The notes under the pieces are model-generated. The model made no database searches. It saw nothing but the letters and a program-made list of their open reading frames with translations, and had not been told where the DNA came from. Below, in pieces: positions 1 to 10,829 of a stretch of 34,096 bases of DNA; positions within the stretch are counted from its first letter, which is position 1, and each line of letters opens with the position of its first letter. The stretch is from Sanchytrium tribonematis (Eukaryota). The stretch lies in assembly GCA_018985235.1 (NCBI GenBank), contig JADGIG010000040.1, positions 1 to 34,096 on the forward strand, written 5' to 3'. Position numbers and translations under genes: made by a program.

Positions 1-1
1 C

Positions 2-142
2 AAAGTAGCAGCTCTGGGCGAGGAGGCTCATTTGAATACCAGTTTTAAGCATTTTATGTTTTTTGTACAAGAACATAAGCTAGTGGATCCTAAAGAATGC
101 GAACCCATGAAAGATGTAATCCAAACCTTGCTGAACAAATAA
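2..142 (+). CDS. MOB1: MOB kinase activator 1, 3' end (gene starts upstream of window)
   Basis: Not in ORF track. Frame from position 2 reads KVAALGEEAHLNTSFKHFMFFVQEHKLVDPKECEPMKDVIQTLLNK*, matching the MOB1 C-terminal motif EEAHLNTSFKHF.FFV.E. Confidence 0.92.
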   Translation, partial: KVAALGEEAHLNTSFKHFMFFVQEHKLVDPKECEPMKDVIQTLLNK

Positions 143-177
143 ACTAAATATTCGAATGCCACTAAATCATATTTAGG

Positions 178-789
178 ATGATACAATTTGATCTTTTTTT
201 TATTTTCGAATTGATTATTCATCTTTTCATTCTACTCACGCTAATAATATATCTGAAATTTCGATGGCCTCTTCCAGAGTTGCAATTACAGCTAATAGTT
301 TATTATTTTATTGCTATACTCATGCATTTATTACTAATTATGTTACCAAACAATTCAAATGTTGTGTCTTTTTCTCATTTTCCAAGATTTTATCAATTAT
401 ATTGCTTCGGGCATGTCGCTCATAGATTCGCATTATTTAATTTACGCTACTTGGTGAACTATAACGAATTTATCGAGGCAGTACTTATCTCTTTTATTAT
501 ATTACCAGGTAATTTTTCCGTCGTGACATTTGATATTGTACACATAGACATATCTGGCGGCTGGTTCATGCTAAATATGTCCATCAATACTATAACTTAC
601 GTATTTCTTGACGATCGCTCAAAATATTTTGTGTTTTTAAATTATGTTATTTCATTAACTTTTGTAGTCTTGTACTACACGTCATTTCCAAAATTTTATT
701 GCTTTTGGTATCTTACTTATTTAATTTTTATAATCTTACGAGTCGAGTCACTTCAGAAGGAACGAGGAATAGTTCCTGTCGAAACCTGA
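178..789 (+). CDS. Hypothetical multi-pass membrane protein (203 aa)
   Basis: ATG-initiated ORF filling the space between two conserved genes; several hydrophobic stretches; AATAAA follows the stop. No family recognised. Confidence 0.6.
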   Translation: MIQFDLFFIFELIIHLFILLTLIIYLKFRWPLPELQLQLIVYYFIAILMHLLLIMLPNNSNVVSFSHFPRFYQLYCFGHVAHRFALFNLRYLVNYNEFIEAVLISFIILPGNFSVVTFDIVHIDISGGWFMLNMSINTITYVFLDDRSKYFVFLNYVISLTFVVLYYTSFPKFYCFWYLTYLIFIILRVESLQKERGIVPVET

Positions 790-814
790 ACTAATAAATT
801 TTTTTCAAACATTT

Positions 815-3114
815 ATGATTTATGGGATTCTAATTTTGTGTTTTGAGATAGCTGTATTCATAAATATCAAAAAAAGAAGGTACCATGTCAGGTACAACAT
901 GATTTCATTTGCAACATTAGTACTGATAGCGTTATTATTATATTCATCAATTATGTTTAAATGCGTAGATTCTCTACTAGTTTCTCTTGCATCTGTTGTG
1001 CAACTTTCTCTTGTTTTAGAAAGACCAATATATCATCTAACTTGGACAATTCCTTTGTTCTGGATTCAATTATTATTGTTTGCTTTATACAATCTTATAT
1101 TATTTAAAAATACCTTTTACTTTATTCTATTTATTATAACTCTCTCTATAAATTTGCATATGATTTACTGTTTTTATATTGAAGCACACCCAAATGATCA
1201 AGACACTGACAATCCCTTAATTCCTACCACCAATGAATTGCCCACGACATCTATTTCAATTTTTGAAGAATTAAAGCAAGTTTTCAGCTTTGTATGGCCA
1301 TCAAACAATATGTTTTTACAGCTTCTCTTTGTGACAAGCCTGTGCTGTCTATTATTAGGCAGATATATTAATTATCTGGTGCCTATTCTATACAAATATT
1401 TTGTCGATCATCTTATGAGCCAAAAATGGTTTCACTTGGCTATTTTTGTTTTTCTCAGAGCCTTAAGTGGCGGAATATTAGAGAATTTTCAAGGTCTTTC
1501 ATGGACGCCAGTTGAACAAAATACAACAAAATATATATCGGTGAAACTTTTTACTCATTTGCATGACATGAATCACGACTTCCATTTAAAACGAAAAACA
1601 GGAGAAATATTAAGAGTGCAGGACCGTGGAGTTCGTAGTATAAATTCTATAGTAGATTTGCTAATGTTCAAAATTGTACCTACAATTGCTGACATCGCTG
1701 TAGCCGCTTTGTACCTTACCCTCATACTAAATTGGATATTCGGATTTATCGTAATTGTGACAATGACTCTCTACATATTGGTCACTATTTTTCTCACGAA
1801 AATTAGGACTGGTATAAGAAGACGTGCCAACCAGCTCGATAATATCATGCAGTCAAGAGCTGTCGATAGTTTATTAAATTTTGAAACTGTCAAGTATTAC
1901 TCAGCTGAGGAATTTGAAAAAAATACCTATGTCTATTTACTGAAGCTTTTTCAAAAGTCCGAATGGAGTGCATCCATAGCTATGTCAGCATTGACATTTT
2001 TTCAATCCACCATCATTCATTTTGGCCTTTTTGTTGGTGGATTATACGCTTTAGCGGGCTACAAAAATAATGATTACAGTATTGGTGACATCATCTTATT
2101 TTTTACCTACATGGTGCAACTTATTGGCCCATTGAATGGTTTTGGAAAATATTACAAAACCGTGCAGAAAAATTTCGTAGACATTGAAAACTTGCTCGAT
2201 CTATTAAATGTTGATTGCTCCATTAGTAAGAATTGTGAGAAGTCAGATTTGATTGTGAATAGGGGTCTAATAGAGTTCAAAAATGTGACATTTGGTTATG
2301 GTAATGGCTATGTATTTCAAAATTTAAGTTTTAAATGTGCGCCAGGTCAAACGACTGCTTTTGTCGGATCTAGTGGTTGTGGAAAGAGTACTATTCTTAA
2401 ACTATTATTTAGGTTTTACGATATACTGGATGGAGATATTTTAATTGATAATCAATCCATACAAGATGTCAACTTGAAAAGCTTAAGACAAAGTCTCGGA
2501 ATAGTGCCACAAGATATAGTTCTATTTAACGAAGATATACTTTATAACATAAAATACGGCAAACCGGCTGCGTCTGATCAGGAAGTTGAGACAGCTGCGA
2601 AAGCATCCCAAATACATGAAAAAATAGCCTCGTTGCCGATGTTGTATAAGGCCAGAGTTGGGGAGCGCGGGCTTCAACTGAGTGGTGGAGAAAGGCAGCG
2701 AATTGGAATTTGCAGAGCGTTTGTCAAAAATCCCAAAATTTTGATGTTCGATGAGGGAACATCGTCTCTAGACACTACGACGTATTAGTTATTTGATTTA
2801 GGGAAAGAGCCGTGATGCGCTCCTTGGGGAAAATAGCTCGGGATAGAACAACTATAATCATTGCGCATAGATTAAGCACAATCATAAATGCAGATCAAAT
2901 TATTGTTTTAGATAAAGGCCAAATAGTGGAAAATGGAACCCATCAAGATCTTTTACAGAATGGAGGAGTTTATTCTGAATTATGGTCGAAGCAATTAAAT
3001 GAAGTTACTCATACTGAATCCCTTGAGCAGAAAAATGAATCAAATCAAAGAAAAAATATTCTCCAGTCGTTGTTAGCAAATGATTTTGAGGATAATTTTG
3101 ATGAAGATGTTTAA
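815..3114 (+). CDS. ABCB6/HMT1-type half ABC transporter; exons 815-2781 and 2802-3114, 759 aa
   Basis: Extra N-terminal TM domain, FHLKRKTGEILRVQDRG, DSLLNFETVKYY, Walker A GSSGCGKST, LSGGERQR. Removing the 20-nt intron restores DEGTSSLDTTTERAVMRSL...IAHRLSTI. Confidence 0.9.
2782..2801 (+). other. Spliceosomal intron, 20 nt: GTATTAGTTATTTGATTTAG
   Basis: GT-AG; removal joins ORFs 815..2788 and 2812..3114 in frame and rebuilds the conserved LDT.TER motif. Confidence 0.92.
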
Positions 3115-3186
3115 AAAAATTCCCTTAATGAATTTTTAGAAATGAAATTCTAGAATTAGGCCAAATAAAAATGGTATTATTGATTT

Positions 3187-4203
3187 ATGAAGTCTTCAAA
3201 GATAAAGCCTGTAAAACAAACAGGTAAGAATTTGGAAAAAGTGATTGGTAATCAGCTTGAAGTGACATCTCAGGCTGAATTGGAAGCTCAAAATGGCCAA
3301 CTTTTGATTTTGGCTACTAACTTTCAACAAGAAATTGATAACTTAAAACAGAAATTACTAGAGAAAGAGGCAGAAAAACAGATTATGGAAGAAAAGAGTT
3401 TGAATGATATTAGAGCTCTTCACCAAAAAATCACACTAATTCAATATGAAAATAATTTGAAATTGCTTGAGAACAAGACAGAGAATGACAAGATTGTTGA
3501 ACAAAAAACAATATCAGGAATTGATAAAATTCAAGCCTTAGAAAAATTAATTGGGGAATTGCAGACACAGATAACGAAATCAAAGTCTGATTTTCAGTTG
3601 GCTTTACATCGACAGATGCAAGCCTCGGAGGAACAGAGACAAACATACACAAGGCAGCACTTGCTAGATGTAGAGCAGTGTAAGCTCCAGTTAAATAATA
3701 AAGTTAAAGCGGCATACGCAGCTAGTGAACTGGAAGTAAAAGCAAAAGTCCAACACTGTGAGGACTATTTTCAAAATCACATTAAACAACTTATTGAAAA
3801 TCATGAACGAGCCATTTTAAATCTTAAATCCTACTTCAACGAGGTGATTCAAAATCAAGTATCACTTCTTGATAGCCTTAAAGAGCAACTAAGCGACTCT
3901 AAGTTATTGGAGGAAAAATATAAACGTCAATTAAATCTTGTGGCCAAGGAAAATAAATGCCTTAAAGTGCCGTTGGAAGAGTTTAAACTAGAGAACGACT
4001 TTTTGAAAAAAGAAATTGTCACCAAAAACCGGCATTTACATGCTTTGAAATTGGAATATAAAAAACAACAAATTATTAAGCGAGAAAAAGATGTGTTGGA
4101 ACAGGAAAATTTAAAATTCAAGAGCCAAGTGATGAGAGTGAAAGATGACTGGGAGGATCTCAAAGTAGATTACAACCATAAAATGTACAATCTTTTTAAA
4201 TAA
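3187..4203 (+). CDS. GAS8: GAS8/DRC4-like nexin-dynein regulatory complex subunit, divergent and C-terminally short (338 aa)
   Basis: Coiled coil with HIKQLIENHERAILNLKSYFNEVIQNQVSLLDSLKEQL...ENKCLKVPL, recognisable as the GAS domain pattern (LM..HE.AF..IKNYYNDIT.NNL.LI.SLKEQ...N..L..PL). Confidence 0.8.
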   Translation: MKSSKIKPVKQTGKNLEKVIGNQLEVTSQAELEAQNGQLLILATNFQQEIDNLKQKLLEKEAEKQIMEEKSLNDIRALHQKITLIQYENNLKLLENKTENDKIVEQKTISGIDKIQALEKLIGELQTQITKSKSDFQLALHRQMQASEEQRQTYTRQHLLDVEQCKLQLNNKVKAAYAASELEVKAKVQHCEDYFQNHIKQLIENHERAILNLKSYFNEVIQNQVSLLDSLKEQLSDSKLLEEKYKRQLNLVAKENKCLKVPLEEFKLENDFLKKEIVTKNRHLHALKLEYKKQQIIKREKDVLEQENLKFKSQVMRVKDDWEDLKVDYNHKMYNLFK

Positions 4204-4232
4204 ATGTTAAAAATACATACAAATTGAAAAAT

Positions 4233-6603
4233 TTATAATTCGTCTTCTGCCGAAATTTCTACCTCTTCATCTTCCTCGGCTTTTTTGTTCGTTTTTATGG
4301 AATCTTTCACTTCCTTGGCAGACTTGGGCTGTGTTTTTACCACTGGAGTGTCTGCAGCATCGGTTGCAACTCCAAGCTCCTTAGCCAAAATTTTATCGAG
4401 GCGCTTTCCAAATCTCAATGGATCGCGTAAGCCATACCCACTTCTGACGGAAATTGAGTCATACAGTAGTGCGGCTACACGAAGTATATCTCTTTCACGA
4501 GCTCTATTAACGCTTTCTGGTTGAGAGTCATCGAAAGTATCTTCTAAATAGATAGCCTTTTCAAGTAGCCCCTTGACAACTGGATGGTAGGGATTGATTT
4601 CCCAATTCTTTTTTGCTTTAAGTGCCATGTCAAGCTGCCAATTTGGAGCACCACCTTCTGCATTTTTGGCGGATGAACCTAAGTTATTTAATTGAGATTT
4701 TAAAATTCTTTCCATATTTCCTAAGTGAAAAGCAAGTACCAGAAACTCCAGCACCAGAAGCAACAAGCGCACCAGGAGATGAGACCAAACGGGTACTAAT
4801 TACCACTTTATCCACATACTTTTCAAAATGGCGCTTGAGAAAAACTGTCAACGGGCTAAATTTTTCTGTCAACTCTTCCATGTTACTCTCATCGTTCAAC
4901 TCTAATCCTTCTTTGGCTGCTGATTGAATTGGAATAGATTGAAATTCTGAAAATTGCTGCATCAAGTACTCGTCATGAACATCCGGTAAATACAATACCT
5001 CAAAACCTCTAGCAAGTAGCTGCTCAATATATGGCGAACGCTTGATGGCCTGAATACTCTCACCCGCCATGTAAAATATAGCTTTTTGATTTTTTCTCAT
5101 TCTTCGAACGTAGCTGGCCAACGACACTACTCCAGCTTCCTTTTCCCACTTAATTTGGTTTTCTACGATAATTTTATCACTCTCGCTTAAATCATTCGGC
5201 AAAGTCTCATCCTCAGAATGATCGGGACGTGCTGCTTCTCCTTCACCAGCATCTATAACGTCAGCTTCATCTTTTTCTCTATCGTGCCAGCTTGATCTGA
5301 ATCTCAACAAATTGGCAAGCTTTTTCTGATTCTTCTTGTCCTCAATAATTCCTAACTTTATTGATCCTCCGAATGCTGGCCAAAATTTCTTATTGTATAG
5401 CTCGGGATCGTTTTTAGATAAACTTAAAAATTCTTTTATAAGATTAGACGAAACGCGTTTCTTTACGGCATTTAAAGTTGATGATGCCTGCAGAGTTTCT
5501 CGAGCAACATTTAGTGGGAAATCATCAGCATCAATAATTCCGCTAACAAATTGCAGATAACCTGGAAGAAATTCTGGAAGATTATCTGTAATAAATACAC
5601 GTCGGACATATATTTTAACTGGCGAAACGTAACGGCTTTTGGGATCAAGAGCATTGGTAGGTGCACTCTTTGGAATGAATAATAAAGCTTTAAAGTCATT
5701 TATACCTGCACTCGCTTTGAAATGAATATAATGAAGCGGCTCCTCATATTGTTTGAACGCTTTTTTGTAAAATTCGCTGTAATCGTCGAAAGTTAAATCT
5801 TTTTCACTCATAGTCCAAATAGGCTTGTTTGCATTAATTTGGACAAATTCAAAAGGCTCTACGATCCCTTGCTCGTCGACTTTCTCTTTCTCGGAATCAT
5901 CGCTCTCCATGTCAACTTCATCTGCCGCGTCGTCTTCCGATTCCTCTTTGGAAACTTCTTTCTCAACTCTGAGTTTTATCGGGAAAGAGATAAATTGAGT
6001 GTATTTGCCAATAAGTTCTTCAAGTGAGCTTTTTTCAAGAAAATGTAAATCGCTTTCCCTAAGATGAAGAATAATACGAGTTCCTCGCTCTAAATTTTCA
6101 TTTGACTTACCGCTGGTTACAGTGAATCCGTTGCCTTTTTTATAATCGCTCTCCCAGACATTTTGTTTCTTGTCACTACCCACACTGATGACTTCCACAT
6201 GATCTGCAACAAGAAATGATGAGTAGAATCCCACACCAAATTGTCCAATAAGATCCTTGTCTTTAGAATTTTCAGCCTGAAAGTCTGCCGTTCCAGATTT
6301 GGATATAGTGCCTAGGTTATCGATCAATTCTTGTTTCGACATTCCTATTCCATTGTCTATAATTTCAAGAACACCCCTATCCTTATCAGGTACAACCTTA
6401 ATTTCAAGATTACCAATTTCTTCGTTTTTCTTTAATGCAGTCAGTTTATATTTGTCAAGTGCATCTGCAGCGTTGCTCAAAAGCTCTCTCAAGAATATTT
6501 CCTTATTTTTGTACAAACTGTCGACTAAAGTCTTCATCAATTTCGAATGGTCAGCTGTAAATTGCAATTGCTCCCCTAGAAGAATAACAAGAAATACAAG
6601 CAT
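4233..6603 (-). CDS. HSP90B1: ER Hsp90 (GRP94/endoplasmin); exons 6603-4740 and 4720-4233, 783 aa
   Basis: LYKNKEIFLRELLSNA, IGQFGVGFYS, short hydrophobic N-terminus MLVFLVILLG and C-terminal EDEL. The 19-nt intron restores GVSGNMERILK. First ATG at 6603 (ORF track starts at a TTG). Confidence 0.9.
4721..4739 (-). other. Spliceosomal intron, 19 nt: GTACTTGCTTTTCACTTAG
   Basis: GT-AG; removal fuses TCT G|GA AAT ATG GAA AGA, giving the conserved Hsp90 S.NMERI motif. Confidence 0.92.
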
Positions 6604-6662
6604 ATTTGAAGGGGTAACTTTCAACTTTAACTCCAGGTAAAGAAAATTCCAGAAATTCCAAT

Positions 6663-9059
6663 TTATTGTTTTTCTGATAGATTAGCCTCCGCTTTAGAAT
6701 CCTTAGAATCTTGCTCTGGTAATAAGTTTTCGTCCTTGTCTGTAATTTCTTTATCCTCAACTTGTTTTTTCTCCTTCGGCTTAGCTTTATTTAAAATTCG
6801 TGAAGAATCAAGCAATTCTTTTTCAGCCTTTAACAAGTCGCTAATCCACACTGGAGGATCTTGGCTCCTTTTAGAAGGATCTTCTAATAGTGGTAAACAG
6901 TTGTTAAGCCAAATAGATTTTTCACCCACCATTTTAGCAAGAGGCTCCATTTCTTCAGTAGTAATGTGATCGTACTTATTAGAGGAAAGCTCTGAATTAA
7001 GAAAATCCAAATATTTCTTCAATTTATCAATGACCGATTTTCTAGTTTCATACTCTATTGCACGCTTTCTAATTGGTTCTCCATAAACTTGCAATTCCTT
7101 TAACTTCGTAGTAAATACAGACTTAGAAGCAGAATCAGCTTCAGAAGAGTAGATCCAATTTTCGGTGGCACCCAAGTCGTTTGTCAAAGATTCTTTTATA
7201 GGACCATCAACAAAATCGGCCCATTGGCCTGATAACTTATCCCTGACAGTGTAGATATATTCTTCCAGGGCGTTTTTAGCATCTTCAGTATCAATCACCA
7301 ATTGGTCGTGAGAAACTAGATTCAATTCAATCTCTTTAAACTTATTTAAAGATTTGACGTTTGACAGAATAGATTGATCAAAAACAATAGATGGAATTTC
7401 CTTCTTAATTGTTTTTTCAGATTTCTTAGCATTTGAAGAATCGATATCCATCTTCTCAGGGCCATCGATATCCATTTCGTCTGCTGGTGTTTCGGTGTTG
7501 GATTCATCGATTTCCATAGTTTCGGCATTCGTATCTACATCCATCTTGTCGGATTTTTTCTTTTTTTCCAACTTCTCTTGGATAATTTCTATTTGTTCCA
7601 CATATGCCCTTTCAATAAGGAAAAGTCCATCTTCTCTCAATCGGCATCTCAATTTTACAGTGGCCTTTCCATCTGTCAACGCAATTTTTTGTATTGATGC
7701 TTTGTAAAAGACATAACCATTAAATTTTTTGCCGCCAATCTCGTATGTGTTGAAAAAATCTGATTTAATCTTATCAGTAATAAGACTTTCAAATAGGCTT
7801 TTTTGCTGTGGGGTCATGGCATCTATGTCATAGATGACTGAGATATCTAAAAGATTGCTGCTTGAATTGACAGTTAAAACTTTGGCACTCGGTTGTACAG
7901 AACCACTGGGATAAAGCAGAGTAGATTGAGGATTTTCAGTATTTTGAACAATGATTCTTATAGGAAATAGAGACACATCTTTAACTTTCATTTCTCTAGT
8001 TTTGAATTGCGGAGAAAGAATTGCAGCGTATAGAGCACAACCCTTGGAAATGCATTCATCTGGGTTAAGAGTTGAAGTGACTTTTTCACCAAATTTGTCG
8101 ACTACTTGTTGCCGTAAGAATGGAATGCGCATATTTCCACCAATGCATTCAACTACATGGATTTCTGAGAGTTTGAGACCAGCTAATTGGATTGCCTTGT
8201 CAATACTTTCCCCAATATTAAATTTCTTATCCGCGATCGCAGCCTCAAAATCTGATCGTTTAACTAACATACTTAAGTCAAGATCGTTCATAAGCATCTC
8301 TACGTGGATTGATGCTTCCGAATTAGCACTTAGAATCTTTTTACACTTTTCAACATTTGCCATTAAACGTTGGGAAGCTCTGGAGTTTTCTTTAACATCC
8401 AATTTAAATTTTCTTTTAAATTCAATCCTGGCCATTTCAAATAAAATTTCATTCAACTCGCTTCCATTCAGCAAGTGACAAAAGTGAGATTTGATGTGGA
8501 CCCCTTCGTGAATTAAAGCCACTGTGATTTCTAAATGTAAGTCACCAAGATGAACTAAAACCAAATTTGTATTAGAAGGATTGTGCTGCATGCAATAAGC
8601 AAGAGCAGCAGCAGTCGTGTCTTTCATTAAATGTGTTTGCTTACTTAGGCCAGATAGAGAAACAGAATTACTGAAACCCGAAATAAATGCACTATTGTAA
8701 TACTGATGTAAATGATACGCTGTGAAATAGTTTGGAACACTAAAAACAATATCTGAAGGTTTCACATCATTCAGTTTAAGCATGCTTCTATAGTGAGTCA
8801 TCACCATTGCCAATAATTGAAAGTAAGTGTAACTTTCACCATTCAGATCTTGACCGTCTACCTTAAGAATATTGCGTTTGATATTGTCAATGATTCCTTT
8901 TTGATTAATACTAAGCTCACCCAATAATCTTTTGTTAGAGTAGGTCAACTGAGTTGGAATGAATCTAGTAGACATAGTATTTGTTAAAACATCGATTCCT
9001 CTATTTCTAGCACATGAGATAACACTTAGTTGATTGCCAACATCAATTCCTGCGCTCAT
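6663..9059 (-). CDS. Hsp110/Sse1-family Hsp70 nucleotide exchange factor
   Basis: MSAGIDVGN...ARNRGIDVLTN, EKCKKILSAN, TLNPDECISKGCAL, acidic loop, TEDAKNALEEYIY. ATG at 9059. Confidence 0.88.
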   Translation of the reverse strand: MSAGIDVGNQLSVISCARNRGIDVLTNTMSTRFIPTQLTYSNKRLLGELSINQKGIIDNIKRNILKVDGQDLNGESYTYFQLLAMVMTHYRSMLKLNDVKPSDIVFSVPNYFTAYHLHQYYNSAFISGFSNSVSLSGLSKQTHLMKDTTAAALAYCMQHNPSNTNLVLVHLGDLHLEITVALIHEGVHIKSHFCHLLNGSELNEILFEMARIEFKRKFKLDVKENSRASQRLMANVEKCKKILSANSEASIHVEMLMNDLDLSMLVKRSDFEAAIADKKFNIGESIDKAIQLAGLKLSEIHVVECIGGNMRIPFLRQQVVDKFGEKVTSTLNPDECISKGCALYAAILSPQFKTREMKVKDVSLFPIRIIVQNTENPQSTLLYPSGSVQPSAKVLTVNSSSNLLDISVIYDIDAMTPQQKSLFESLITDKIKSDFFNTYEIGGKKFNGYVFYKASIQKIALTDGKATVKLRCRLREDGLFLIERAYVEQIEIIQEKLEKKKKSDKMDVDTNAETMEIDESNTETPADEMDIDGPEKMDIDSSNAKKSEKTIKKEIPSIVFDQSILSNVKSLNKFKEIELNLVSHDQLVIDTEDAKNALEEYIYTVRDKLSGQWADFVDGPIKESLTNDLGATENWIYSSEADSASKSVFTTKLKELQVYGEPIRKRAIEYETRKSVIDKLKKYLDFLNSELSSNKYDHITTEEMEPLAKMVGEKSIWLNNCLPLLEDPSKRSQDPPVWISDLLKAEKELLDSSRILNKAKPKEKKQVEDKEITDKDENLLPEQDSKDSKAEANLSEKQ

Positions 9060-9152
9060 TGTGATAATCAATTTCAAGGAGTCGTTGGAAGGAGAGTTTT
9101 TAAGAATAGCGAATCTTCTCGAATTATTGTTTGAACTATTTTACTTTATTGT

Positions 9153-10688
9153 TTATTGCACTTGAGCAGTGAGATACGCAGCCAAAATAATAAATACTGG
9201 GCCGCATATGAAAAACATAGAAGATAAGAAAGCAATATCTTGATAGTCTGTAAAGTTGATTATCTCTGCCTCTAGGTGCCATTTAGTAGAACGAATTATT
9301 CTAACAGTAACCATTTTGCCAATATGTGTATTAGACTTTTTGCCCTTATGCTTAACAGAAATCAAAATTTGTTGGTAATATTTGTTGTGGCCCAAAAGTG
9401 CTGGTTTTTCATTCAAGGTAGCCCAATCTGTAATTAGTACCCTTTCAAAAACCATTCCAATTAAATCTTTTTCGTTTGAGTATGAGTTGAATAGTTTAGT
9501 TAGTTTCCTGCTTCTATCTTTTATAACTTGAGATGGAACTTTCGGCATACGAAGAGCTGGGGTACCTGGTCTACCATAGAATTGTGAAATGTGCACAAAA
9601 GGAAACTTAAATCTATTAATTATATCCAATGAATCTTGAAATTCGAGTTCTGTTTCAGTTGGAAATCCACAAATAATATCTGTCGAAATAGAGATGTTTG
9701 GAGTGTACTGCAATAAGTGAGACACAATTTTCTCAAAATCTTGTCTCGTGTATTCTCTCTTCATTAAATCCAATATCCTATTATTTCCTGATTGTATAGG
9801 AATGTGTAGGAATGAATAAAATTTGGGACTATTTAGAAGCCTCGCGATAGAATCTAAGTGCTCCAAGATGTATGGTGGATTCGTCATACCTAGCCTTACC
9901 ATAACACCTTCATTTGGGATAACTTTTTCTATTGCTTGTAATAATTCAATAATTGAAGATCCTATGTCTCTACCGTATGTACCTGTGTCTTCAGATGTCA
10001 GCCATATCTCGACCACTCCTTCACGCAATACGTCCTTGCATCTTCCAACAATTTCGTCAACACTATAACTAGAGAGATTGCCTCTTGCGTGCTTAGTTTT
10101 ACAATACGTACATTGATTAAGGCAGCCAACATTAATAGGAATAATTTCAATAAACTTGTTTTTCCTTATCTTTGGCAAATTAAGATTATTATGACCCTCC
10201 ATGGATAACAATTGAATTTTTCGGCCTTGCAAAGTTTGTTCCACAACTTCCACGATCTTGTGAATTTGGTTGACACCAATTATGTTGAGCGAATAAGACA
10301 TTGGATCGGCTTGCGTAACGCATCCTGCTAACACAATTTTTTTTCCAAGATTTTCGGCCTCTTTTATCTCATTTTTGAAAGTTGTTTCACTTGGGTTTTT
10401 TACCGTGCAAGAATTCAAAAGCCAAAGGTCGGCCGCACTCTTATTGTCTGTCATACAATAGCCTTGCGACTTCAGTAGACCAAGCATATATTCAGAATCA
10501 CTCGTGTTATGAGAACAGCCCCAAGTATTGCAGTATATCACTGCTTTCCCAGGAAGAAATAAATCTGATTCTAAATCGGCAATCGAATTTTCAGGTTCAT
10601 TTCCTGGTTCATCTAGCTTACTTTGATGCAATGCATTGTATGGTTTTTTACGATGACTTGCCGTAGTAATGTCTTCAATATCTAACAT
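9153..10688 (-). CDS. CDKAL1: Threonylcarbamoyladenosine tRNA methylthiotransferase (CDKAL1/e-MtaB), radical SAM
   Basis: TWGCSHNTSDSEYM, LLNSCTVKNP, GCLNQCTYCKTKHARG (CxxxCxxC), TDIICGFPTET, TRAM region and C-terminal TM anchor. Confidence 0.92.
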   Translation of the reverse strand: MLDIEDITTASHRKKPYNALHQSKLDEPGNEPENSIADLESDLFLPGKAVIYCNTWGCSHNTSDSEYMLGLLKSQGYCMTDNKSAADLWLLNSCTVKNPSETTFKNEIKEAENLGKKIVLAGCVTQADPMSYSLNIIGVNQIHKIVEVVEQTLQGRKIQLLSMEGHNNLNLPKIRKNKFIEIIPINVGCLNQCTYCKTKHARGNLSSYSVDEIVGRCKDVLREGVVEIWLTSEDTGTYGRDIGSSIIELLQAIEKVIPNEGVMVRLGMTNPPYILEHLDSIARLLNSPKFYSFLHIPIQSGNNRILDLMKREYTRQDFEKIVSHLLQYTPNISISTDIICGFPTETELEFQDSLDIINRFKFPFVHISQFYGRPGTPALRMPKVPSQVIKDRSRKLTKLFNSYSNEKDLIGMVFERVLITDWATLNEKPALLGHNKYYQQILISVKHKGKKSNTHIGKMVTVRIIRSTKWHLEAEIINFTDYQDIAFLSSMFFICGPVFIILAAYLTAQVQ

Positions 10689-10829
10689 TTGTAAGAAATT
10701 GTCGACGAGAAAAAATTGGGGTTAAAGGAGTTTTCAAAATATTTGGTCAATATCCTTTGAAGATATTTAAAATTTTGCGTCAACGACTGTCACACCAAGT
10801 CAATTTTAAATTTTTAAATTTGAAACTGG

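Noticed and set aside
6576..6597. 22-nt GT-AG segment (GTATTTCTTGTTATTCTTCTAG, minus) at the GRP94 5' end
   Set aside because: Lacks the -6 A, is the wrong length, would frameshift from the only available ATG, and encodes the signal peptide.
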